Origin: Azolla caroliniana
Lineage: Eukaryota > Plantae > Polypodiophyta
Assembly (NCBI GenBank): GCA_043228905.1
Contig: JBHGNT010000013.1
Location: 5,518,001-5,582,000, forward strand
Length of the DNA: 64,000 nt
Reading direction: 5' to 3'
Part shown: positions 23,420 to 36,149 of the stretch, one piece after another
Layout of the letters: every line of letters begins with the position of its first letter
Position numbering within the stretch: position 1 is the stretch's first letter
Translations under genes and position numbers: made by a program
The notes under the pieces: model-generated
Told to the model about the DNA's origin: nothing
Databases searched by the model: none
What the model saw: the letters and a program-made list of their open reading frames with translations, nothing else

Positions 23420-26400
23420 CGTGTGGTGGCGATGTGGCGACATAACAGCCAAACCATGTCCTCGACAACAAATGTCAGTGCATCCAAGTGATGTGGGTCC
23501 GCTTGATCTTTATACTGGTCACTAGCGACACTACTGACAAGGAGAGATCACAATGGACATTGTGTATAGCGTGGCCACGCCTCTCTGCCGATGGATTGAC
23601 CGAAATTGCAGCTATGGAAATGCTGAAACGAGGGTGAAAGCCATAGTTTGCAAAGAAGGGGGAAACTTTAGTTGAAGCATGAATACTATTATTGTAGGCA
23701 AATTCTGCCATTGCAAGGAAACCCACCCAATCCTCTTGTTGGTAGCTCACGGTACACCGAAGATATTTTTCGAGGATTTGGTTGACTCGTTCCATTTGTC
23801 CATCAGTTTGAGGATGGTATACTGAGGACAAGTTTACAAAAGTCCTGAATGTTTGTAGAAATTGTCGCTAGAAGTGGGAAATGAACTGAGAACCTTGATC
23901 AGAGGTGATATCCTCGGGTAAGCCATGTAATCGGACAACATTTCTAAGAAAAAGGTCAGTGGTCTCTTCCCCAGAAATGGTTTTGGAACATGGGACAAAG
24001 TGAGCCATCTTCGAAAACCGATCGACAATGACTAGCACTGTGTCATGGCCACCAACTAGAGGGAGGTCGGTGATAAAGTCCATGGATAGAGAGACCCACG
24101 ATCGACTTGGAATGGGGAGCGGATGAAGAAGACTGTATGGTAGATGAGGCATTTTAGACCAAGCACATACATCACATGTCTTGATAAACTCCTTGACAAA
24201 TTTCCAAGGTTGGGGGCCACCAAAACCCTCGAGATAGGAATTCCAGGGTTTTCCTGACCCCAAAGTGGTTGGCAAGAGGATCATCATGACAGTTTTGTAG
24301 TACCCGTGTCCGACATGATCCTTCAGGAACGTACAAGAGATGATTACGATATAGTAACCCATCACGGGTTGTAAATTGGTTGAGATATGAGCTTTTCATG
24401 CCCGAAGATGGGTCATTGATGCGGGCCATGATTTCTTTGGCGAATGGGTCTAATATGGTTGCCCTAGCGATCTCATTGAGCAAAGAATCATCATGCAATA
24501 TGCAGGTGGCAAACATCTGAAGTTGACCGGGCCGCAACAAACAATGAGACTGTTGTGAATATGCGTCATCTCTTGGGCGCAATGCAAAATCAGGATGCTG
24601 AGAGATGGCATCAGCTTTCCCATGTTGAACTCCAGGTCGAAAGAAGATCTCAAAGTCGTAGACGGCGAGAAAAGATGACCATCGTGCTTGCATCTGATTC
24701 AATGTACGACTAGTGGTGAAGTAAATTAGATTTTTGCGGGCGGTCAACACCTGGATGTGATATTGGGCTCCAGCCAAATAGGGTCGCCCTTCGGTGAAGG
24801 CAAATATGATTGCAGCAAGCTCCTTGTCATAGACCGGATAATTGATTTCCAGGGCGGTAAACTTCCAAGAGTAGAAGGCAACAGGATGTAGTGTGCCCCA
24901 TCGTCTGGTTGGGATAGGACAACTCCAATGGCAATGTCAGAGGCATTTGTTCCAACTTGGAAGGGCCTTGTCGAGTCGGGGTGGAGCAACACTAAGACTG
25001 TGAAGAAAGTTGCCTTGATGGCATCAAAAGAACTTTGCGCCGTAGAGGTCCAAAGAAATGGAGTATATTTTCTAGTAAGGATGATTAGAGGTTGCACTAA
25101 AGAGGAAAAACCATTGATAGAAATTTGCCAAACCAAGAAATGATTGTACCTCTTTCAACTGAGTAGGGACAGGCCAATCGGTGATTGCCACTACCTTGTG
25201 TGCATCCATTGTGATCCCGGAGTGTGAAATCACGTAGCCTGGGAATTTGACAGAGATCCGATCGAATTCACATTTCTCACTTTTGGCGTAAAGTCCATGT
25301 TCTCGAAGTTTGGATAGAACCAGTCGGACGTGTCGGGTGTGCTCCTCTATTTTGGAAGAAAAAACTAAAATGTCGTAAAGGTAGATCACCACGAAGTGAT
25401 CGAGATACTCTCGAAATGTATTGTTCATCATGTGTTGAAAGACCATCGGGGTGTTGGTGAGACCAAAAGGCATCACCTTGTACTCGAAATTTCCATAGCA
25501 TGTTCAAAAGGCAGTTTTCCACTCGTCTCCTGGTTTGATACGCACCAGATTGTAGGCTCCCCGAAGGTCGATTTTGGAGAAGATAGGCCTGGTTCAAAGT
25601 TAGTCAAGGAGTGTTGGAATTAAAGGCAAGGGATAATGATTACATACCATAATTTTGTTGACACCCCTATAATCCATCCATCTTCTTGACAAATAAGATT
25701 GGGGCCCCAGACAGTGATTTGGAGGGTTGAATGAAGCCCTTGGCAAGGTTTTCATCCAGATATGTGCGAAGAGCCTCAAGTTCGGGTTCAGATAGCCCAT
25801 AGATGGGCCCAAATGGTGGATGTGAGCCATCTTGGAGTTCGATTGGGCAATCATAGGGGCAATGTACTGGTAACCGATCTGCATTTCCCTTTTTGAACAT
25901 GTCCAAAAAATCGCTATATCTTGCGGGCAAATTGGTGACAGGAGTAGAGACATCCTATGACACAATGGGCATAGAAGTGACCACGCTAGAATCGACCACA
26001 ACGGAATCGGCAACATTCGAGGTTGAGTTGAAAGCAGAAGAATGTGCACACAAGCTGAAAGTAGCTCCCCCACACGTAACGGTGTTTGTGGAAGACACCC
26101 GCGCTGGTGTTTGTGGAAAGATGATGGAGTGGCTACACCAATCCATCATCAGATTGTGTGTTTCCAATCAAGAGAGCCTTAAAACAATCGGATGTGGAGG
26201 GGGTCGCAATGAGATAGAATGCTAATACCTCTTGGTGGAACCTGACTTGAAGTACTAACGGGACAGTGGCTTCAGTAACCGCCCCCGAAGAGAGAACCGG
26301 TCCGTTGATAACTTCAATGGATATGGGTTGTGTTGTGCGGACAGTGGGGATTTTATGTGCTCGAACGAACACGATATCGATGAAACAAGTAGATGCACCA

Positions 26401-27460
26401 AAATCGAGCAAGGCATGGGATTTTATTGAAATAGACCCAAAACAAAAACTTGCTTGCAAAGTAAAACCTCCTGTTGGCATGCCTGAATTGTAGGCGCACA
26501 GAGAAGTAGGTTGACGGGAATTGTCCGGTAGCATGGCTCCTATTGCAACCAAACTTGCTCGTTTTCCTATTGTCCAAAAACCGCCGCAAGACATGCACGA
26601 TCATTTTCTTTTTGTCGAGAAACCTCTGCAAGACGTGCCCGATGGGATTGATGACGAGGGCTGCGCATCGGGCAGTGGCGGATGATATGGCCGGGGGTAC
26701 CACAATAGAAGTAGAGGCCATTGTCCCGTCGATGTTGCCGTTGGACATCGGTTAATGGTTGGGACCGAGCATGGTCGATCTCCATTGGAGTACAAGGGTC
26801 AACCTCCATCGGAGATTACCTAGGACAATGATGCGGGCTCCGGAAAGTTTAAGAGAAGATTTTTAACAACATTTCTGAGGCCTCGACGAAACTGTTCACA
26901 TAAAGCTTGGTCATCCTAGCGGACATCGCACGCGATCTGACGAAACTCTAAAGCATAGATGAAAGTGGGAAGAGAGCCTTGTTGTAAGGAATAGAGTTTC
27001 GTGAGTGTCATTCATCACCAATCTGTCTCTTAGGATGTGGCTTCAAGCTCCGCAAGGAAGGCAGGAAACTTGTCTAAGAGTGGGGATGATGTCTCCATCA
27101 ATAGTGCAAACCACGCGTGTGCCGGCCCCGAGAGAAGGTTGCCAACAAGGCCAACCCGAGAGAATCACTAGCATAACGTTGGGGTTGTAAGCGGATGATA
27201 AGCCGAATTTGATTGATGAAGCCACGAAGATGCGCCCTCGAGTCGTTGAATTTGTCAGGTAGACTAACATTAGGTTCAATGAAATATGAATGGGAAGAGG
27301 ACGGGGTTGGGTTAGGTGCTAATGGAAGGTGAGGCTCAATAGGTGGAGGGTTGTTGGCTATGCTATTTTGAAGCTCTCACAATGATTGATGAAGGCTTTC
27401 ATTTTCTAATTGAAGTTGTTCCAAGGCTGCCATTACTTGGCTTAAGGCCGAGTCGGACAT
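23420..27460 (-). pseudogene. gag-pol: Degenerate Tcn1-like chromoviral gag-pol, 3' end lost
   Basis: Gag PMEID and YCGTPGHIIRHCP, protease ALLDFGAS, RT PFGLTN, integrase [32 protein letters not shown]; many frameshifts. Confidence 0.9.
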
Positions 27461-27624
27461 GGTAACATGAAGGAAGGTGAACAAACTGTCACGGGTGGGT
27501 AGATGAGGATAGGGACAAGTAGGCGAGCTAAATATTAAGAGAGAGCGAAAGATAGATAGATAGATAGATAGGGAGAGAGCATAGACAAGAGAACAAGAGA
27601 GAGAAAAGAAAGAAAGAAAGAAAG

Positions 27625-30595
27625 ATATATTAATGTCTTCTAAGGCCAAAATTGGCCCATGAGACAAATGGTTTACAACAAAAAATGGGATATTTACCCA
27701 TTCATCGAAAGTAAAAAAATAAAAAAAAGATAAAAATGGAGTTTAAGCTAAATAATTCTAGTAGAATAACAAACATGTTCTATAAAAAACATGTTCTAAA
27801 ATGATGTTACACTAGGCCTAATTTCACTTCCATCCAAGTCTCTCAAAGAGAAGTAGGAGGTCAAAGGGTTTTGATGTGAATGTGGCTCGGGACCCCAATG
27901 TAAAAGGTACCCCAACCATAGCTTCTAGTCGACGTAGCTCACGTTCCCTTTTCTTCTTAATCATTTCTACTCCACATCGACTTGCTTTGAAGCCCAACAT
28001 CCGACGGCGTTTGGTTTTTCTTTGCATTTTTTCTTCCTCGAGAGAGAGGCCGAGCGATGTAAGTGTATCCACATTCATCGTATCCCCTTGTTCCTGAAAA
28101 ATTACACTAGTTACATGTTGATGAGAAGTAAAAGGGTTATGGTTAACACTTTGTAATTTATTCTCCCTATGTTGTTTTAGCTCTAATATATACCTACCTA
28201 GTCTCTGTACATCTGGGGTATCTAATAGTTTGGAGAGGGTGGGGGAGGGTCCTAATATGTCTTGGTATTCCGCTCGTATCTCGACATAAGTTGGACACTT
28301 GCATGTGAAGTGATACTCATCCTCTATCTCTATGTGGCACAACCTACATAGCCTTTCCTCTCTAGGGACTCTATTAGCCTGACCATTCTCAATATCAAGT
28401 TGGTGAGATGATATACTAAGCTATCCAATGCGCACCCTTAGTGCATTTGATAAGAATGTATCTAGATATCATGGTTGTGTAATAAAACCTAACTTAGAGA
28501 AGTGCAAGAAGTGTTCCGTATAGTACAACATTTTAGATGAGAGTGGCTCTCGTGGGGTGATCCATTTATGTTGAGTGTAAATTTGCCATATTTCTTGGCG
28601 TATCACTTTATTGCATTCTTCATGAGAGATTAGAGTTTGTTTAGTCCCAACTCACCACAATGTCTATTCCGTTTGTAAGTAACCAACTCACCACAATGCT
28701 ATACCAAGAACTAGTGTCTCCAAACGCATATAGGGATTGGGATGCCTCAAAGGCTTGACGAGATATCCTACCTTGTGGTTGGCTATGTATTCGATGATAA
28801 AAACTACCACTTGGAAAAGTGCTTCTACTAACATCCGGGGCAGATAGAACTCTGCTCTAATAATGTCGTCTGGTACTGTCGATTTGCTTCGGAGTTGACG
28901 TGATAACATCATCACCAAAGGTCTCTTTAATTGTTTCCACATGAAAGATGGTAGACTTGGAGCCCATACTACTGATGCATACATTAGGGAAGGGGTCACT
29001 AATGAGTCGAAGAGCCATCCCTTATTCCGTGGCTCTTGAAAGTATGCCTAGTGGCATTGTCTCTCTAAGAGTGAGAGGGATGCATTCCCTCTCGTTAGCC
29101 TATCTTTGGCTCCCCGGGTCATCAAGAATTTACCTGAATGAGCACTAAAAGTAACTCCCAAGTATACATATGATCCAACTACCTCAACTGGTTTATCAGA
29201 GAGGATTAGATGACATTTACTCCTAACTCGAGACGATGTATGAAAGATAAGGACTCTGGTTTTCGCTAGATTCACTACCAATCCTCATTGTGTACAAAAG
29301 TTATCTAAGGCATTAAGATGTTTTTGTAGGTCATGTTTGGGCTCCGAGAGCAAGAAAATGTCGTCTTGCATAGAGTAAGATACAAACTTACCTCCCTTAT
29401 GATCAATAAAATCAATGATCTCATCAATGTAGATCCCAAATAGAGTTGGTGATAGGGGGCAACCCTGTTTTACACCAATAGTGTTGGTGAAACAATCGGA
29501 TAGGTGACCTGGGCATCTTATGCACCCAAAGACTTGCTCATATATGGCATAAATGGCCCAAATCATGTCATTTGGTATCTCCAAGCTTTTAAGTCTATCA
29601 AACAACCTCTCCCTAGGAACTGTGTCAAAGGCTTTGCAGAAGTCCACAAAGCAACAATATAGTTTCTTCTTACGAGCCTTCGTCTGGTCAATTAAGCACC
29701 TAAGTGTAAAGATATGTTCAATAGTGAAGAAGGCTCGTCTAAAGACAACTTGCTCATGTGCTCCGTTTCCATTACTGCACCATATAGTTTGGCGGGCGTA
29801 TGACCTATCATAATGGTCCTATATGCATTTGGGTCCATTGGCTCCATTGGCTCCTGGCCTTTATGTATAGGGGCCACTGTGTTCATGGTCCATTGTGGTG
29901 GAAAACCCTCAGCGAGGGCATGGTTGAAGATTAGAGTGAGAAAGGGGGCTAAGCACTCTCGAGCATATATGATGTGCTCGACTCACAATCATATGTGGTC
30001 CATGGATTTCCTATGTTGTAATTTTTTTATGACCTTCGTGACCCTAGAGGTCCTGAAAAGTGTCCCCATGGTAGGTCGAGGTGTGAAAGGCATTGGAATA
30101 GGTGGTTGGCTCGGGACATGGTAGAGTCTCTTGATATATGTGTGCCAAATATTGGGATCCTCGATGGGTGTTTGAGGTCTCGGTTCCCGTAGTCTCTTCC
30201 ATGCAAGAGCAGGGTCCTTACTCATGAGCATGTGGTAGAGTTCCCAATATTGGGATGCTTCCCAAGCTCGTCTTTTACGACATGCCATCTTGCACATCTG
30301 TTTGCGAGCCTGTACTGAGGAAATAGGATCACTAAGTCACAACACTTTAAGTTGACTATACAGCTATCCACAATCCTCATCATACCACTTGTTTTGTGGC
30401 ATAGACCCTATTCTACTATGATTGGAGTGTTTCATGTGTGGCAAACTACTAATTGTTGCTGAGTGAAGGATGTGTGTGAGTTCTGTAGTGAGGTTCTCTA
30501 AAGGCAAGGAAGAATCAAAAGAGGAGAGAATCTGATTGCCTTGAACATGTTGGGAGTAGATATCAGCGAGCTCATGCGTGAAATGTATTATGGTG
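27625..30595 (-). mobile_element. 5'-truncated, degenerate non-LTR retrotransposon (LINE; RTEX/L2-like C-terminus)
   Basis: RT motifs DFCKAFDTV and GVKQGCPLSPTLFGIYID, YVYLGV, C-terminal ERLCRLC...EDEYHFTCKC zinc finger; 3' end abuts (TTTC)n. Confidence 0.88.
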
Positions 30596-30823
30596 GCAAG
30601 AACTAAATTATGCTTCCGTAACTGGTGTTGCTCACCTTGATTGTAATCAAGGTGCATCGAAGTATTTATACAAGAATGTGGTGGTATGCATGTAAGCTAG
30701 GAAACATCTAAAGAGTGCATGGAAACTTCTAGAGAGTGCATGACACTACATTCTCTAGAAGTTTCTTGAAAGTTGTAGTGATTAACTTACAATATAATAA
30801 GTATACAATACAATAATGCATAG

Positions 30824-30895
30824 ATGGATGTAGCTCAATTGGTAAGGTTGCCCAATAAGACTAGGAGGTCATGGGTTCAACCCTTTACATTCCAT
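30824..30895 (+). other. tRNA-derived A-box/B-box cassette, antisense in LTR U3
   Basis: ATGGATG TAGCTCAATTGGTAAGG...GGAGGTCATGGGTTCAACCC...CATTCCAT: A box, B box and an acceptor stem with one bulge; anticodon not assignable. Confidence 0.78.
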
Positions 30896-31769
30896 TGTCT
30901 CTATGACAATCAGTCCCTACGTCCTACGCACTACGCAAATCCCCTTAAGTCACACTTTTGGCACGCTTGGTGATCTGTGAATCCTCACAGTCGAGCATCA
31001 AGGAATGGATGTCTAGCCACCGACATACTAGAGAACCCACTAGACAAAATCGACCACAAACCCAGATACGTCACTCGACAAACAAAAGAACAGGCTACAC
31101 GAAAACCTTGCCTTAATGACTGCGCCCCGTGTCCCCCCGAGGCTACGGTTGAATCCATGCTTACACAACAAAGCGGCATCCAGCAGGAAGCCCTATCGCC
31201 ACCAAATCAAGCTAGTGTTACAAAGTCTCACAAGCAGCCCCATCCTGATAGCAGTAATAGCCCGGACACAATCGTCACAACTAGCATGGCTTTTTCGTAT
31301 TCCCTTTTCAATGACGAATGTTGTAGGTTTTAGGGTTAGGGTATGATAGATTATTATGATAATGATTATTAGTGATGGAGATAGACATGGTGTAATAGTG
31401 AAGATGATGGAGAGTATGATGGTGAGAGAGATCATGAAGATGTTGACAAGCATTGAGAAACATTGCGGGGTGGGGGGTGGTGCCTAGAATGGCTCCACCC
31501 TCCTCCCAAGGGGGTTCAACATTAGGGAGAGTGAAGAGAAAGAGATTATGAGAGAGAGAGATTGAGAGAGAAATTTCCATTGTATTCATTCATTCCCCAT
31601 ATGGGGTTAAATAGATACAAAGGGGTTGATACACAAAGGTGTAAGCCCTCTTGGCATTCACACCTAGTCACTAACTCACACCTCTTTGTATCCACCACAC
31701 TCACACTTACATTCACACTCATAATCGTATAACATTACATCTTTCAGCCTCATCACACTTATCAATCAC

Positions 31770-32347
31770 CCGTACATCTCGTATGGTAACAACAAAACCG
31801 ACGCTGAAAGCCACATTCGGTCATTCCTTAACATTTGGAATGCTAATCACATGGCACAATGACTTCCGGAAGCGGAAGCGCATGCATCAAAGATCACCGA
31901 GTTCGGAATAACCTTCCATGGTCGCACTGCCCGTTGGCATTCCCAGCTCAATATCACGTCGTTTCCGACGTTCGACCAACTTCAATCGTCATTCTTGCGA
32001 TTCTTCCATAGCAGTATTCCGCGGCGCGAGATTATCAGCCAATTTTATACCATCAAGCAGTCTCCAAAAGAGTCCGTAGCGGATTTTAGTCTACAAATTC
32101 AGAGCCTGCATCGACAGCTCATACGCATCCCGATGGAGGAATACGCTAACAACGCAACACAGTCTTTGGAGGGTGAAACGGCGGATATGGTTATCGAGCA
32201 GGCATTACAACTTGAATTAGAATACGAGGATGAAGGGTTGTCCATGGCATCGCTCCGGCAAGCATTGCCCTAGGATGAGGAGTATCGATTCCACCAGGCA
32301 ATTCAATCCACAATTTGCCTGAACTCAAGGCACTCCACGGTGGATTG
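31770..32347 (+). pseudogene. gag: Degenerate gag fragment related to G1/G2
   Basis: DAESHIRSFLNIWNANH, KITEFG, FLRFFH...QFYTIKQ, CLNSRHSTVDC. Confidence 0.8.
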
Positions 32348-32570
32348 TGTTAGGAAACAGGTCCCTCCAAATGGGAAGAGAAGAGCTATGTGGATGAGGA
32401 ACTTGGCCGAGGCTGATACCTAAATCCTGTATGTTATCCGTGGGATTATACATGTATGAGTTTATAAGTGATGGAACGTGATAAGTACAAAGTCTTTTTA
32501 TTAATAGCCATGTGTAAGTGTATGTGCAATTGTGCACATGAGTGAGTGTGAGTATAGCATGCCCAACAAC
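32348..32570 (+). repeat. LTR fragment starting with the shared U3 motif
   Basis: TGTTAGGAAACAGGTCCCTCCAAATGGGAAG is near-identical to the start of the G1 LTR; 3' limit uncertain. Confidence 0.55.
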
Positions 32571-35500
32571 CAACCCCTTTGAGAAGAAGTCGAGCAACTA
32601 CACATGGCGGAGAGTGCAAGAAATGGCGACAATGATGTGTGCAAAATGATGATAATGATGATGATGGTCATGAAGATAACAACAACGAAGAAAATGACCA
32701 GGAGTACAGAAAAAGGAAGATGGCCCATCTATGGAGTTATGCTTCAACTTCATCGATGCTCACTAACACAATCTCTTATGCCTCTGTGGTTCTTGATGAT
32801 ATTTGTATATCTTCAATAACAATAGTAGTAGTAGTAACAACAATAACATTCTCCTTTATATTACCCTCTTTCATTTCATATCTTCCTCAAGAACTTCATT
32901 AGAAGTGATCGTTATGTCTTCTAATATCTTGTTTTATTCCTCATTCATGACTGTTTCGAGCTCTACATCCTTGACCTCCTCAATAACGGCCTCGGTTCCA
33001 ATTTCCTTTACTTCCTCCGCCTTCTTCACATCACCAGAAGTCTATGTATCATCAAATACATTAATCTTGATTTCTTCCAATTTTATGATAGCAATTTCTT
33101 CCACAACACTTTTGTCTTCATCATCAACTCTTGAATTTTCATATAAACCTTATGGCTATAAAACAAAAGAAACTAGGATTAGAACAAAGAACAAAACAAC
33201 TAATCAATCTAATTTAAATGATAAATGCACATAGAATACTCACTTTTGAAACTCTGCCACCATTTCGTCGAGGTTGAATTACTTGGCGGCGACACTTGAC
33301 AATACAGATATTAACAATTTGTCATCCTTGATTCCTTGACTCCCAAATCAACCCTTAATTTGCAGTTCTTATCTAGTGGTACTCCAATAGGTTTGCATCC
33401 AAGCATACCATACTTCTTCAACATAGTTGTTGCATACTGTTTTTGCAACATATATATACCACTTTTAGATCTGATCATCTCAATACCAAGAAAGTATCTC
33501 AGATCTCCCAAATCCTTCATCTGAACTTGCATTTCCAGATTTTTCTTCAACTTGTTTCTTCCATGGAATCACCTCCAATGATTAAATCATCTACATAAAT
33601 CAAAATAACAACAATGCAATCATTTATCCTTTTTACATACAATGAAGGATCAGCTTTTGACATTTTGAAGGCAAGTTTTTTCAAAGATTCTGAAAGTTCC
33701 CTATGCCACATTCTCGGTGCTTGTGTCAGTCCATAGAAAGCCTTTTTCAGCTTAGAGACATATTCTGGATGCTTCTTGTCTTCAAAACCTAGTGGTTGAC
33801 ACATATACACTTCTTCTTCTAAGTTACCCTATAGAAAAGCATTTTTTACATCCATATGATGCAAACCCCATCTTCTGGTTGCACCTACAACCAGTATTGT
33901 CCTCAATGTTGCCATCTTTGCAACCGGTGCAAATGTCTCATCATAATCAATCCCTTGCATTTGGGCATATCCCTTTGCAATAAGTCTTGCTTTATGTCTA
34001 CTAACATTTCCATTGGAATCATGTTTTGTTTTGTAGACCCATTTGTAAACCACCACATTTTTTCCTTTTGGTAACTTCACTAAATCCTATGTTTTATTTT
34101 TAGCCAATGCATCAATCTCTTCTTGCATTGCATCTACCCATTTCTTCTCAGCTTTTGCTTCTTCAAAATAGTTTGGATCAAAGATCTATACCACTTTAGA
34201 CATATATGCATAATGCATAGCCATAAATGTATCACAACCAAATCTCTCAACAATTTTTTTCTCTCTATCGGATCTTCTCCGTTTTTGACTTGCATCCTTC
34301 AATGCTTTTTCCATCCCAAGGATTTTCAAGGCTCTTATACCCAACTTATCATCCAATGATGTATCTGAATCTACATTTTCCATGTTTTTAGATCCATCAT
34401 CAAGCATTTCATATTTTGGCATTTTCTATTTTCCCTTTTTATCATCATATTGTTTATGTCCTCCACTTTTTCCGCTCCATGCATTTGAATAAGATTTACT
34501 ACCTAAGTTTCTAGATGGTCCAGAACATTCTGTTGATGTTGAACTTTGTTGTCCAACATTGTTTCCATCTCTATGGTAATCTCTGCCATTTTCAAATTTA
34601 TCTCAATCTTCATTTTCACAGTCGTCATCAGTTTCTACATTTTGTTTTGGGTTGTACAAGTTGCCCAACTCATCAAATATCCCATCCCGACTTACCACAA
34701 TCTTTTTTGTCAAAGGGTTATAGCATCTATACCCTTTTTGCTCCTTTGAATATCCAACAAAAATACATTTTTTAGCTTTTGGATCAAGCTTACTTCTCAC
34801 TTCAGCAAGTACATGGACATAAGCAAGGCATCCAAACACTTTTAAGTGTTCTAAACTAGGCTTCCTGCCATAGAAACACTCTTCAAGAGTTACTTCATGT
34901 ACTCCCGATATTATACATCTATTTAGAATATAATTTGCTATATTTACAGCTTCTACCCAGTAATACATATTTTTCTCTATCATTAAAGCCCTTGCTATGT
35001 TCACCAAGGTTCTGTTTTTTCTCTCTACAACTCCATTTTGCTGTGGAGTGCATCTACATGTAAATTGTCTTCTTATTCCTTGATTGCATAGAAAACCAGA
35101 AAATTCTTTGGAGAAATATTCTCCTCCTCCATCAGATCTTGAACATTTTATTCTTGTTTCAGCCTGCTTTTCTAGCACGCATTTAAACTTACGAAAGCAA
35201 TCAAACACTTCACTTTTCTCCTTCATAAAGTAAACCCTTGTTTTCCTTGAGCAATCATCAATAAACGTTACATAAAATCTACAAACACCGATACATGCAT
35301 TTTTTGTTGGTCCCCATACATCCGTATGTTCTAAATCCAACAAATTTTTGCTTACATGTCTTTCATGAGAGAAAGGCAACCTATTTTGCTTTCCATATTG
35401 GCATGCTTCACATATTTCTCCGGTCTCACAATCTTTCAACTTAGGCAGTCCAACCACTTCATTTTTCCTCAACATATTTTTCAGGGTTTGCATGCTTATG

Positions 35501-35572
35501 TGTCCGATTCTTTTATGCCACATTTTTACATCTGAGATTACACTCATTCCTTCTACAAACATGATTGTAATC

Positions 35573-36149
35573 TGACAGGAATATGCTGAATATTGCTCGG
35601 TCGCAACCGAGTCTTAGGATCAACCACAGAAAGATGGGAATAAAAATGCACGTATACACACAAACAATAGAGCAAGAAAGAGTACACAGGATGTTTACGT
35701 GGAAAACCCTAAACAGGAAAAACCACGGGAGCCCACTAGCTCCAAACTATCACTATGTCTACAAGAATACAACAAAAGGAACACAGAGGCAACGACCTCT
35801 TGCTCACAATCTTCGCTTGGCGGCGGTTACAACAGAGACTCACACTGTATCTCTCTTTCTCTCTGTACAACAACTACTCATACAACGATCTGCAACCACA
35901 CTTAATAGTGTTTGCCCTAGGTCATATTTATACTAATATGACTTTAGGACTATTTACAAATATAGCCCCAATGGGCTTCTCACAAACATATTTACATATA
36001 TGTGCCTTCATCTGGTGAGAGGTTCTCACCGGGCCTGCATCATCTGGTTCTCACCGGGTCTTCCTTGCCAGGTACTCATCATCTGGTTCTCACCGGGTCT
36101 TCCTTGACGGGTACTCATCATCCCATCTGGAGGGACCGAAATCCCAACA
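35573..36149 (-). repeat. 3' LTR of the C2 element (577 bp)
   Basis: Matches 40211-40765; follows the PPT. Confidence 0.93.

Larger units (their letters stand above)
27487..30908 (-). repeat. 5' LTR of the Tcn1-like element, split by a LINE (pieces 27487-27624 and 30596-30908)
   Basis: The two pieces are contiguous in the copy at 10467-10754; termini TGTCATAG...CGTGACA on the minus strand; TATAAATA at ~30663-30670. Confidence 0.85.

Noticed and set aside
30824-30895. Functional tRNA genes at the three cassettes
   Set aside because: Anticodon and D or acceptor arms are mispaired and no anticodon can be assigned; reported as tRNA-derived only.
30909-31740. Defined LTR or element
   Set aside because: LTR-like composition and a short match to ~59590-59620, but no boundaries or TSD can be fixed.
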